In this document: in pieces, positions 8,994-17,247 of the stretch
How the letters are laid out: the number at the start of each line of letters is the position of its first letter
Numbering within the stretch: the first letter of the stretch is position 1
Source: Chloroflexota bacterium
GTDB taxonomy: Bacteria > Chloroflexota > Dehalococcoidia > Lucifugimonadales > UBA3495
DNA length: 39,462 bases
Direction: 5' to 3'
Assembly: GCA_022566155.1 (NCBI GenBank)
Contig: JADFJS010000001.1
Coordinates: 1 to 39,462 of the forward strand
The notes under the pieces: model-generated
Database searches by the model: none
The model's input: only the letters and a program-made list of their open reading frames with translations
Told to the model about the DNA's origin: nothing
Made by a program: the position numbers and the translations under genes

Positions 8994-9989
8994 ATGGTAA
9001 ACGTTTATTACGACAAGGACGCGGACCTGGGATTGCTGGCGGATAAGACAATTGGGATAGTCGGCTACGGCAGCCAGGGCCACGCCCACGCCCTGAACCT
9101 GAAGGACAACGGCCAGAACGTGGTCGTCGGCCTGTATCCCGGCAGCAAGAGCCGGGCCGTGGCTGAAGAGGCGGGTCTGGAGGTAACCGACGTGCCTGAT
9201 CTGGCCAAGCGAGCCGACGTGCTGATGATTCTGATCCCGGACCATATCCAGGGCGGCGTATACAAGGAGCAGATCCTGCCCAACATTCGTGCCGGAAGCG
9301 CCCTGATGGTGGCCCATGGTTTCAGTATTCATTACGGTGAGGTGGTCCCACCGGACAATGTGGACGTCATGATGGTGGCCCCCAAAGCTCCCGGACATCG
9401 GATGCGTGAGCTATTCAAGGAGGGAGTCGGCGTGCCCAGCCTGCTGGCCGTCCACCAGGACGCAACAGGCCATGCCAAGGAGATAGGCCTGGCCTACGCC
9501 AAGGGCATCGGCAGCACCGGCGCTGGGGTTCTGGAGACCACATTCAAGTTTGAGACCGAGAGCGACCTTTTCGGCGAGCAGACCATACTGTGCGGCGGCG
9601 TCACCTCCCTGGTACAGGCCGCGTTCGATACCCTGGTGGAGGGCGGGTACCCGCCTGAGATCGCCTACTTTGAGTGCATGCACGAGCTGAAGATGATCGT
9701 CGACCTGATGTATCAGGGTGGGTTCAACTACATGCGCTTCTCGGTCAGCGACACCGCCGAATACGGCGACCTGACCCGCGGACCACGGGTCATCGACGAG
9801 CACGTGCGTGAGAATATGCGCGCCATCCTCAAGGAAATCCAGGACGGCAGCTTTGCCCGGGAGTGGATCGCGGAGAACGATGAGGGCCGCAAGCGGTTCA
9901 CACCCCTGCGGGAGGAGGCCCGGGGCAGCCACATCGAGGAAGTCGGCAAGCAGCTACGGTCCATGATGCCGTGGCTGGACCCCAAGTAG
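8994..9989 (+). CDS. ilvC: ketol-acid reductoisomerase
   Basis: [13 protein letters not shown]-terminus and Rossmann motif [19 protein letters not shown]. The track start GTG 8985 is possible, but ATG 8994 matches the usual KARI N-terminus. Confidence 0.93.
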   Translation: MVNVYYDKDADLGLLADKTIGIVGYGSQGHAHALNLKDNGQNVVVGLYPGSKSRAVAEEAGLEVTDVPDLAKRADVLMILIPDHIQGGVYKEQILPNIRAGSALMVAHGFSIHYGEVVPPDNVDVMMVAPKAPGHRMRELFKEGVGVPSLLAVHQDATGHAKEIGLAYAKGIGSTGAGVLETTFKFETESDLFGEQTILCGGVTSLVQAAFDTLVEGGYPPEIAYFECMHELKMIVDLMYQGGFNYMRFSVSDTAEYGDLTRGPRVIDEHVRENMRAILKEIQDGSFAREWIAENDEGRKRFTPLREEARGSHIEEVGKQLRSMMPWLDPK

Positions 9990-10337
9990 GTTTAGGGCAT
10001 CGCTTACCCCGGTTGAGGAACCGGCTGGCGTAGCGACCGATTTGGAAAACTTTGATCCTCTCAGCAGTGCTGAGAACGTATACACCGGAGCAGGTCAATG
10101 GAAAGGATTGAAAACATCAGGGGGACGTTGAGAGTAGTCCACCATCGCGCGCTGGTCTTGGCAGGGCTGGCGGCGGTGGACTACGTGCTCCTGCCACGTG
10201 TTTAAGAATCACCCCCATCCTAGCCTTCCCCCGTAAAGGGGGAAGGGACACGTCCTCTCCCCTTCGACGTGGGAGAGCTAGAGCGGGTTAAAGCCGAATA
10301 GACCTGCCCATCTTAAACAACGAAAAGGAAATGAATC

Positions 10338-11897
10338 ATGGCCGACGACAGAATACTGTTTTTGGACACTACCCTCCGCGACGGCGAGCAGTCCGCGGGC
10401 ATCGGAATGACTGGGGACGAGAAGATGGAGATCGCCCGCCAGCTTCAGAAGATGCACGTGGATATCATCGAAGCCGGTTTCGCCGCCAGTTCCCCTGGAG
10501 ATTTCGAAGCGGTGAGCAACATCGCCCGTGAAGTCAAGGGCCCCATAATCGCTTCCCTGGCCCGCGCTGTTGCCAACGACGTGGACCAAGCGTGGGAAGC
10601 CGTCAAACACGCCGAAAGGCCCCGCATCCACGTATTCCTATCCTCGTCTGAGATCCACCAGATGCACCAGCTACGCAAGAACCGCGAAGAAGTTATGGAG
10701 ATGGCTGTGACCATGGTGGAGCGGGCGAAGAAGCTCTGCCCAGACGTGGAGTTCTCTCCCATGGACGCCACTCGCACCAACCGTGAGTACCTCTACCAGA
10801 TGCTGGAAGAGGTGATCCGGGCCGGCGCGACCACCGTCAATATCGCGGACACCGTGGGCTACGCCATCCCGTCCGACTTTGCCGAGCTGCTTCGGGACAT
10901 ACAGGCGAAAGTAGCCGGCATCGATGGAGTTACCCTCAGCGTCCACTGCCACAACGATCTTGGCCTGGCCGTGGCCAACAGCCTGGCCGCCATTAAGGCC
11001 GGCGCCTTCCAGGTGGAAGGGTGCATCAACGGTATCGGCGAGCGGGCCGGTAACGCTTCTTTGGAAGAGATAATCATGGCGGTAGATACCCGGAAAGACT
11101 TCTTCAAAGTTGATATGGGCATCGATACCACCCAGATCTATCAGGCCAGCCGCCTGGTCAGCCGTATCACCGGGATGGCGGTGCAGGCAAACAAGGCGGT
11201 GGTGGGCGAGAACGCCTTCCGCCACGCCTCCGGCATCCACCAGGATGGCGTGCTGAAGAACCGTTCCACCTACGAGGTGATGCAGCCCGAGCGGGTGGGA
11301 GTGCCCGGCAGCACCATGGTGCTGGGCAAGCTCAGCGGCCGCGCCGGCCTACAGTCCCGGCTGGAGGATCTGGGATATGTGCTCTCCCGTGAGGAGCTTT
11401 CCGCCGTTTTCGAGTCGTTCAAGGTACTGGCCGACAAGAAGCGGGAGGTTAACGACCGGGACCTGGAGATCCTGATGGACGAGGAGAAGAGGGTGTCCAC
11501 CGAGCCGGTATCTTACACCCTGGACCACGTTCACTTCTCCAGCGGCGACCACGACATACCCACGGCCACCGTTCGGCTCATCGGTCCCGACGGACAAGTT
11601 ACTACGGACGCCTCAACCGGCAACGGCCCGGTGGACGCCGTGTGCAACGCCATCGACCGGGTGATCGGCTGCACCTGCAAGCTGGTGGACTTCAACGTCC
11701 AGTCGGTCACCGAAGGTCTCGACTCCATGGGCACGGTGACCATCCGCATAGAAAAAGACGGGCAGAAATACACGGGCCGGGGGGCATCCACCGACATCAT
11801 CGTGGCCAGCGCCAAAGCCTACCTGAGCGCCGTCAACCGCATGCTGGCCGCCGACGAAGAAGCCAAACTACCGCCGGTGGGCACCACGCCGGACTAG
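10338..11897 (+). CDS. leuA: 2-isopropylmalate synthase (LeuA/CimA family, short bacterial form)
   Basis: LDTTLRDGEQS, HCHNDLGLAVANSLAA, SGIHQDGVLK and a C-terminal LeuA allosteric/dimerisation domain. Citramalate synthase specificity cannot be excluded from sequence alone. Confidence 0.85.
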   Translation: MADDRILFLDTTLRDGEQSAGIGMTGDEKMEIARQLQKMHVDIIEAGFAASSPGDFEAVSNIAREVKGPIIASLARAVANDVDQAWEAVKHAERPRIHVFLSSSEIHQMHQLRKNREEVMEMAVTMVERAKKLCPDVEFSPMDATRTNREYLYQMLEEVIRAGATTVNIADTVGYAIPSDFAELLRDIQAKVAGIDGVTLSVHCHNDLGLAVANSLAAIKAGAFQVEGCINGIGERAGNASLEEIIMAVDTRKDFFKVDMGIDTTQIYQASRLVSRITGMAVQANKAVVGENAFRHASGIHQDGVLKNRSTYEVMQPERVGVPGSTMVLGKLSGRAGLQSRLEDLGYVLSREELSAVFESFKVLADKKREVNDRDLEILMDEEKRVSTEPVSYTLDHVHFSSGDHDIPTATVRLIGPDGQVTTDASTGNGPVDAVCNAIDRVIGCTCKLVDFNVQSVTEGLDSMGTVTIRIEKDGQKYTGRGASTDIIVASAKAYLSAVNRMLAADEEAKLPPVGTTPD

Positions 11898-11910
11898 ATC
11901 GGCGGCAATC

Positions 11911-11950
11911 GCAGTAGTAAGGGCGGCGCATGCGCCGCCCTTACTACTGC
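11911..11950 (+). terminator. 40-nt perfect palindrome (20-bp hairpin), probable operon-end terminator without U-tract
   Basis: GCAGTAGTAAGGGCGGCGCA|TGCGCCGCCCTTACTACTGC starts 14 nt after the leuA stop. There is no T-run on either side. Confidence 0.5.
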
Positions 11951-12069
11951 CCAAACATGGTGGTGCTCAGATCACGACGAAATATCTTCATCTATGTCGC
12001 TTCAGATCGTCAGAAAGCGTCGCTTCCGTATCATACTGACCGTTTATATATGCCTCTTGCGCACCCTAC

Positions 12070-12098
12070 TTGACAACTCTGCACTTGGATGGTTAACT
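12070..12098 (+). promoter_or_regulatory. candidate promoter for the small membrane-protein gene
   Basis: TTGACA (12070..12075), 17-nt spacer, TTAACT (12093..12098), in a locally AT-richer stretch. Confidence 0.3.
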
Positions 12099-12195
12099 CC
12101 CGGAAATTTCCACAGCCTTTTGCGGCCGTTGTATGCCCCCGGTATATCCCTACCAACGCTCCAGAGCGCCGCGGAAGACTGGAAGGAGCCGAGCA

Positions 12196-12441
12196 ATGGC
12201 AGAGCAGGGCCCAACTCCAAACAGTCCAAGTAGCTACATAACTCTAGAGGGCGCCGCCTGGTTGGGTAGGATCCTAGGGTTGGTCATAGTTGGGATCGCT
12301 TTAGCGGTCAGTAGCAAAGCTGCCGCCCTCGCGGTCCAAGACGAGGTTTGGGTGTTCCTCAGCACGCTGGTGACGCCGATGGCTCTTGGATTCCTCATCC
12401 TGATTGGCGCAGAATCCATGAGCAGATTAGGCCGCCGATAA
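12196..12441 (+). CDS. small hypothetical membrane protein (two predicted TM helices)
   Basis: ATG 12196 is preceded by GAAGGAG (12182..12188). The product is MAEQGPTPNSPSSYITLEGAAWLGRILGLVIVGIALAV...LVTPMALGFLILIGAE. The overlapping 247-aa reverse ORF is an Arg/Gly/Pro-rich shadow frame. Confidence 0.5.
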   Translation: MAEQGPTPNSPSSYITLEGAAWLGRILGLVIVGIALAVSSKAAALAVQDEVWVFLSTLVTPMALGFLILIGAESMSRLGRR

Positions 12442-12478
12442 GCTTCTGGGCCTTCTCGTCCATCGCGCGGCGGGAGAG

Positions 12479-13483
12479 TTACAGCAGCTTCATCTGGAAA
12501 CCGGCATCTTGTTGCTCGCTGCGTCCGTCCAAGTGTATGGCCGGGTAGCCCAGACCGCGTAGGTGGGCGGCCAGCTCCGGGAAGCCGTTCACGGTGTACA
12601 CCTGTTTTGGCGCCACCCGGCGAACGTAGTCCACCAGTTCGTTGAAGTCCGGGTGATCGCTGAAGGGCAGGCTGGCATCCCCACGGCGGCCCCACCGGTG
12701 GCTTCCGCCAAGTCCACCGGAGACGGCCCAGCCGGTGAACTCCAGGGAACGGACACCGCGAAGCCCATCGGCCACCGCCGCAGACCGGCGGCCCGGCGGC
12801 CACAGTACCACCCGGCCTTCGGGCCACTCCCCATCGAATACCTGGAAGCCGGCGGGGAAGGCGACGCCCGCCTGCTGGTATGACTCGGCCACACGGTAGA
12901 TGCCCTCTTCCACCGCCACGTCGAAACCCTCCGCCAGCAGGTAGTGCAGAATTTCCTGGGCTTTCCCCAACCTCCATGCAAGAACCATGGGTTTCTCGCC
13001 CCGTGACAGCCAGGACCTCAAAGTCTTATAGCCCGTGGCCAGCACCTCTTCTTGAGAGGGGAAAGTGTATTCGGGCCGGCCGTAGGTGGCTTCCAAAACC
13101 AGGATGTCGCAGGGCACCGCCTCCAACGGCTCGTTGATGGGGCTGGGCCGCACCTTGATGTCCCCGGTGTACAGCAGCCGCTCACCGCTGATTTTCGACT
13201 CCACCAATACTTGAGCCGAACCCAGGCAGTGGCCGGCGGGATGGAGAGTGAGTCTGTACCTATCCGTCTCCAGCGGTTCATTGTAGGCAAGGGCGACGGG
13301 GTCGGCTTTTTTCAAGTAGTCTGCCAGCAGCAGCAGAGTGTTGGCAGTCAGAATGGGCCGTTGATGGCGGGCGATATGGTCGGAGTGAGCGTGGGAGATC
13401 ACTCCCTCTTCTCTCCGGCGCAGCGAGTCCAACCACAGATCAAGCTCCGGGAGGTACACCCCCCGCTTGTACACTACCTGCAA
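12479..13483 (-). CDS. MBL-fold metallo-hydrolase, beta-CASP-like nuclease family (COG1236-like)
   Basis: HAHSDH metal motif, LHPAGHCLGSA, LYTGDIK, LVLEATYG and C-terminal FSDHPDFNEL, typical of about 330-aa MBL/beta-CASP exonuclease-like proteins. Confidence 0.8.
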   Translation of the reverse strand: MQVVYKRGVYLPELDLWLDSLRRREEGVISHAHSDHIARHQRPILTANTLLLLADYLKKADPVALAYNEPLETDRYRLTLHPAGHCLGSAQVLVESKISGERLLYTGDIKVRPSPINEPLEAVPCDILVLEATYGRPEYTFPSQEEVLATGYKTLRSWLSRGEKPMVLAWRLGKAQEILHYLLAEGFDVAVEEGIYRVAESYQQAGVAFPAGFQVFDGEWPEGRVVLWPPGRRSAAVADGLRGVRSLEFTGWAVSGGLGGSHRWGRRGDASLPFSDHPDFNELVDYVRRVAPKQVYTVNGFPELAAHLRGLGYPAIHLDGRSEQQDAGFQMKLL

Positions 13484-13787
13484 AATACCCTAAGCATCGG
13501 CGCGTTTGTAGTCGTTGGTAATGGGGCGGCGTACCTGGACGTCAGGTACAAATCCTGGGGGCTCTACCTCCGGTCCGCGCCTGGTTGTCATTTCGGCCCA
13601 GTATAACATGGGGGATTTTGACCCCACCAGGGCTTTACCAACACCGGCTGGCTCCTCGTATGGTGCGCCAGCGCCCCGCCAAAGCGCCAGACAATCGTAT
13701 CGCGCGCCCAGGTAAGGTATAATCCTATGAGGGTTTTGAGACGATAAGAAAACCGTCCCCTAATACTTAAAAAGGAAAGGAATGTAC

Positions 13788-14252
13788 ATGCCCGCACAAA
13801 TTGGAGATACCGCCCCAGATTTCACACTTCCCTCGGTTAGTGAGGGAGACATATCTCTCAGCCAGTACCGAGGCGAGAAAAACGTGATCCTGTCTTTCCA
13901 CGTTTTTGATTTCACCTCTGGTTGAACCACACAGGCTACCTCGTTCCGGCAGCACTACAGCCGGTTCGAGGAGAAGAATGCCCAGGTGCTGGGCATAAGT
14001 TGCGACACCGTACCCGCCCACCGGGCCTGGACTACCGCGCTGGGTGGTCTACCCTATCCAGAGCTGTCCGACTTCCACCCCAGGGGGAAAGCGAGCCAGG
14101 CTTACGGCCTTTACAACGAGGACCGGGGCGCGAGTAACCGAGCCGTGATCATCGTGGACAAAGAGGGAATCATCCGATTCCGTGAAACCTACGAACCCGG
14201 CGTTCTGCCGGACCCGGCCATGATTCTGGCTGAGGTGGAAAAGCTGGGATAG
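13788..14252 (+). CDS. peroxiredoxin (AhpC/TSA, Bcp/PrxQ-like) with in-frame TGA at the peroxidatic Cys position; probable selenoprotein
   Basis: The same frame as track ORF 13986..14252, extended upstream, reads MPAQIGDTAPDFTLPSVSEGDISLSQYRGEKNVILSFHVFDFTSG-TGA(13923..13925)-TTQATSFRQHYSRFEEKNAQVLGISCDTVPAHRAW... The TGA replaces Cys in the DFTxxCxT(E/Q) motif. A purine-rich SD-like AAAGGAAAGGA precedes the ATG, and ATG 13782 is an in-frame alternative start. Confidence 0.75.
13939..13971 (+). other. candidate bacterial SECIS hairpin
   Basis: CCTCG-TT-CCGGC [AGCACTACA] GCCGG-TT-CGAGG: two perfect 5-bp helices split by a symmetric TT/TT internal loop, with G as the second loop nucleotide. 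The stem begins 13 nt after the TGA and the apical loop 25 nt after it. Confidence 0.55.
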
Positions 14253-14295
14253 GATGTCCGTGTCCGGGTAGCATTTGACCAAAAGTTTTGACCCA

Positions 14296-14342
14296 AAACC
14301 AAAGGCCCAGCGCCGATATAATCGGCGCTGGGCCTTTGGTTT
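14296..14342. terminator. bidirectional intrinsic terminator between convergent genes
   Basis: Perfect 22-bp stem AAACCAAAGGCCCAGCGCCGAT / ATCGGCGCTGGGCCTTTGGTTT with a 3-nt loop. T-rich tails follow on both strands. It sits between the peroxiredoxin stop (14252) and the Gre-fusion stop (14379). Confidence 0.75.
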
Positions 14343-14378
14343 GCTCAATGACAATTTAGGGGGGCGGATAACCTGAGG

Positions 14379-15191
14379 TTAGCCGGCTATCTTCTGCACC
14401 ACATATTGCACGGTGCCACGCGGCACATTTACAGTCACCTCATCGCCCACCGCACGGTCCAATAGGGCCTGGCCCACCGGTGATTGTGTAGAGATCTTTC
14501 CTGAAGCCGCGTCGGCTTCACGTACATCCACCAGTTTGTAAACCAGCTCCTTTCCGGAACTCACATCTTTCAAGGTGACGCTGGTGCCAAGGGCCGTCCT
14601 GAGGCGCACGATTTTCGAATCCGGCCCCAGTATCTGCACGGTGGACAGGCTGGATTCCAACTCCCTGATTCTGGCTTCGATGATCCCTTGGTGCTCTTTG
14701 GCGGCCTCCAGGGGGGCATTTTCGCGGAAATCCTTGTCCGCCATCGCGAGGCGGATATCGTCTACCACGGTTACCCGTTCAACTTTGAGACCCTCTAGCT
14801 GAAGGACGAGCCGGTCGTATCCTTCCTGGCTCAGAAGAGTGCCTGCGGAGGCTGCAGACCCAGAGCCTCGCCGCCCGGCGGCGCGCCGGGTGCGGGGAAC
14901 CCGCAGGTGAGAGGCGAGGCCTGTCTGTACCCAACCTTCATCTTTCAAGAAACCCAAAAATGCCTTGACGGGAGTAAGCTTTTGGACTGATTCGGAACCT
15001 CGCTGGCCGATGTACTGGGCATAGTCTGCAACCTCGGATGGAGATAGATCGCACACGTTCCGGTCGCGTCCACACCAGGTAACAAATCTGCCCAGTTCCT
15101 GCTGACCCTCCGCTGCCTTGGCGCGGCCCTTTTTTGTGGAAATGAAACGAATCAAGGCTTCAGACAGGGAGGGACCAGTGTAGGTGACCAA
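14379..15191 (-). CDS. GreA/GreB-family transcript cleavage factor with an N-terminal integrase-type SAM-like (core-binding) domain
   Basis: The C-terminal ~150 aa carry the Gre coiled-coil tip DKDFRENAPLEAAKEHQGIIEARIRELE and the globular domain GKISTQSPVGQALLDRAVGDEVTVNVP. The N-terminal ~110 aa (LSEALIRFIS...LSPSEVADYAQYI...KLTPVKAFLGFLKDEGWVQTGLASHLRVPR) follow the phage-integrase N-terminal SAM-like pattern. The linker is Arg/Gly/Ser-rich. TTG start with GGAGG 9 nt upstream. Confidence 0.8.
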   Translation of the reverse strand: MVTYTGPSLSEALIRFISTKKGRAKAAEGQQELGRFVTWCGRDRNVCDLSPSEVADYAQYIGQRGSESVQKLTPVKAFLGFLKDEGWVQTGLASHLRVPRTRRAAGRRGSGSAASAGTLLSQEGYDRLVLQLEGLKVERVTVVDDIRLAMADKDFRENAPLEAAKEHQGIIEARIRELESSLSTVQILGPDSKIVRLRTALGTSVTLKDVSSGKELVYKLVDVREADAASGKISTQSPVGQALLDRAVGDEVTVNVPRGTVQYVVQKIAG

Positions 15192-15259
15192 TTCAGCTAC
15201 CTCCTGGAGTGTTGGTTTTTAACCATATGCTTTAGCAAACAATTGAATCAGACCACTGA

Positions 15260-15574
15260 TTAGGAAAAGGCCGGTGATCCCGGTCCGATTCCCGCGGCAT
15301 GCTTCATCAAGGGGGCTGGGGACGGAAGCAGGGTTGGTTTAGCTAAGGGGCTGGTTGGCTGGCTTATCTTGGCCGGACGCAGGATAGGCACGTAGCTACA
15401 GTCTGCCGGGTTCTGGATACGGTCCAGTAGACTCTCTGTCAAGAGAACTCCTCGGCGATTTACGGCATTGCTAGAGATGTTTGTGGTGGAAAACCCAGCC
15501 AACTCGGCATCCGATGCTGAAAAGGTGCTAGGCGTGTCCTGAAAACGTCTTGTGTCTGGGGATAACCTAGTAAT
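15260..15574 (-). CDS. hypothetical protein (weak call)
   Basis: ATG at 15574 (MITRLSPDTRRFQD...) is preceded by GGGGAAG. Same orientation as, and 68 nt upstream of, the Gre-fusion gene. No recognisable motif, and the tail is Pro-rich. Confidence 0.25.
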   Translation of the reverse strand: MTRLSPDTRRFQDTPSTFSASDAELAGFSTTNISSNAVNRRGVLLTESLLDRIQNPADCSYVPILRPAKISQPTSPLAKPTLLPSPAPLMKHAAGIGPGSPAFS

Positions 15575-15807
15575 CATAGCAGCTTCCCCAAGCGATGGCA
15601 ACCAAAATACAGAGGCCTGCACACTATTCTGATCAGTCCGCTGGGCAACCGGTAATCCGATTCCCTGTATACCAGCAGCCCATGTATACTAGCGAAATCG
15701 AGAATTGTCCCCAAGGATCGTCCCGACGAAGGAATGGTACCAGTCCTCCCCAACCAGGGAGATTCTGCGAAGCCCAAAGCCACGCAACAGAGCCATACGG
15801 AGGAACG

Positions 15808-16776
15808 ATGAAGGCAGTGCAGATCAGCCAGTACGGCGGTCCAGAGGCCCTGGAGTATCAGGAGGTGGCCGATCTCAGCCCTGGAAACGGCCAGGCGTTG
15901 GTGCAGATACAAGCGGCGGGAGTCAACTTTACCGACATCTACAGCCGGGCCGGGATCAATCCAGGTCCCCCTCTACCTCGGATCATCGGCGTTGAAGGAG
16001 CGGGAGTCGTAAGCGCCATTGGCGCCGGTGTCACCGCGGTGAAAGAAGGTGACGCCGTGGCCTACTGTAGCATCCCCGGTTCCTACGCCGAGCAAGCCGT
16101 GGTGCCGGCCGACCGCCTAATCAAGCTTCCGGACGGCCTCAACGCCAGGGATGGGGCCGCCGCCATGCTTCAGGGAATGACCGCCCATTACCTATGCTAC
16201 GCCACCTATCGGGTACAATCTGGCGACCGGGTGCTGGTCCACGCCGGCGCCGGCGGAGTGGGCCTGCTGCTGATCCAGATGGTGAAGCGCCTGGGCGCCT
16301 ACGTATTCTCCACGGTGTCCACCGATGCCAAAGCGAAACTGGCCAGTGAAGCCGGGGCCGACCAGGTGATCCTGTACACCCAGGAAGACTTCGCCAAGGC
16401 GGTGACCGAGGCCACCAACGGAGAAGGCGTGCAGGTGGTGTACGACGCGGTGGGCCTGACCACCTTCGACCAGAGCCTCACCTGCCTGGCCCGCAGAGGT
16501 TACATGGTGCTCTACGGCCAGGCCAGCGGCGCGGTGCCGCCCGTGGACCCTCGCGTTCTGGGCAACGGTTCCATGTTCCTGACCCGCCCCGGACTGGGGG
16601 ATTACACGGTCACAAGGGCGGAGCTGGAAAAGAGGGCTGGAGACGTTCTGGGCTGGGTGTCATCCGGAGAATTGAAGCTGCGCGTGGACCACGTCTTCCC
16701 ATTGTCGGAGGCGCCGGAGGCCCACCGGCAACTGGAAGGCCGGGCCACCACCGGCAAGGTGTTATTGATCCCCTGA
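15808..16776 (+). CDS. qor: NADPH:quinone oxidoreductase (zeta-crystallin-like MDR family)
   Basis: MKAVQISQYGGPEALEYQEV N-terminus and nucleotide-binding HAGAGGVGLLLIQ. ATG 15808 follows GGAGG (15799..15803). The 71 extra residues of the track ORF have no family resemblance. Confidence 0.88.
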   Translation: MKAVQISQYGGPEALEYQEVADLSPGNGQALVQIQAAGVNFTDIYSRAGINPGPPLPRIIGVEGAGVVSAIGAGVTAVKEGDAVAYCSIPGSYAEQAVVPADRLIKLPDGLNARDGAAAMLQGMTAHYLCYATYRVQSGDRVLVHAGAGGVGLLLIQMVKRLGAYVFSTVSTDAKAKLASEAGADQVILYTQEDFAKAVTEATNGEGVQVVYDAVGLTTFDQSLTCLARRGYMVLYGQASGAVPPVDPRVLGNGSMFLTRPGLGDYTVTRAELEKRAGDVLGWVSSGELKLRVDHVFPLSEAPEAHRQLEGRATTGKVLLIP

Positions 16777-16781
16777 GATTG

Positions 16782-16811
16782 TTGACCAATTAGGTCGACT
16801 TTCCTTATAAT
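16782..16811 (+). promoter_or_regulatory. candidate promoter for the DUF59-mrp pair
   Basis: TTGACC (16782..16787), 18-nt spacer, TATAAT (16806..16811), about 50 nt upstream of the ATG at 16862. Confidence 0.5.
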
Positions 16812-16861
16812 TACTAAAGCAGACCAAATTTTAGTGTCAGTAGGCCCAATGGGAGGAAGGA

Positions 16862-17167
16862 ATGACCACGCAGGTAACACAGGAAGACGTGTACGAAAGC
16901 CTGAAGTCCGTTTTCGACCCCGAGATACCCGTCAACGTGGTGGACCTGGGACTGATCTATGATGTCCAGGTCACCGAAGGCGATGTATATGTTCAGATGA
17001 CCTTGACCTTCCCTGGCTGTGGAATGGGACCTTACATCGCCCAACAGGCTGAATGGGCGATTCAGGAAATTGAGGGTGTGGAAGAGGTCAATATCGAGAT
17101 GGTCTTCGAACCGGCCTGGTCTCCCGACTTGATTAGCGAAGAAGCCCGCTCTCAGCTTGGCATTTAA
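16862..17167 (+). CDS. DUF59 / MIP18-family Fe-S assembly protein (SufT/PaaD-like)
   Basis: 101 aa. Carries VFDPEIPVNVVDLGLIY and TFPGCGMG, the DUF59 hallmarks. GGGAGGAAGG precedes the start. Confidence 0.85.
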   Translation: MTTQVTQEDVYESLKSVFDPEIPVNVVDLGLIYDVQVTEGDVYVQMTLTFPGCGMGPYIAQQAEWAIQEIEGVEEVNIEMVFEPAWSPDLISEEARSQLGI

Positions 17168-17247
17168 CGCAGCCGGAGTAACCGAAAGACCAAGACCCCG
17201 GTATTTGTCCACGGCCACAATTAAGGGCGCCGCGGTGAGAGGATAGC

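Noticed and set aside
10098-10205. Interpreting the 35-codon ORF as a classical attenuation leader peptide for leuA
   Set aside because: It has no run of consecutive Leu codons, and no downstream hairpin has a U-tract terminator. I kept it only as an observation inside the spacer finding.
15595-15807. 71-codon N-terminal extension of the quinone oxidoreductase ORF
   Set aside because: It has no similarity to the family. GGAGG precedes ATG 15808, which yields the standard MKAVQI... N-terminus.
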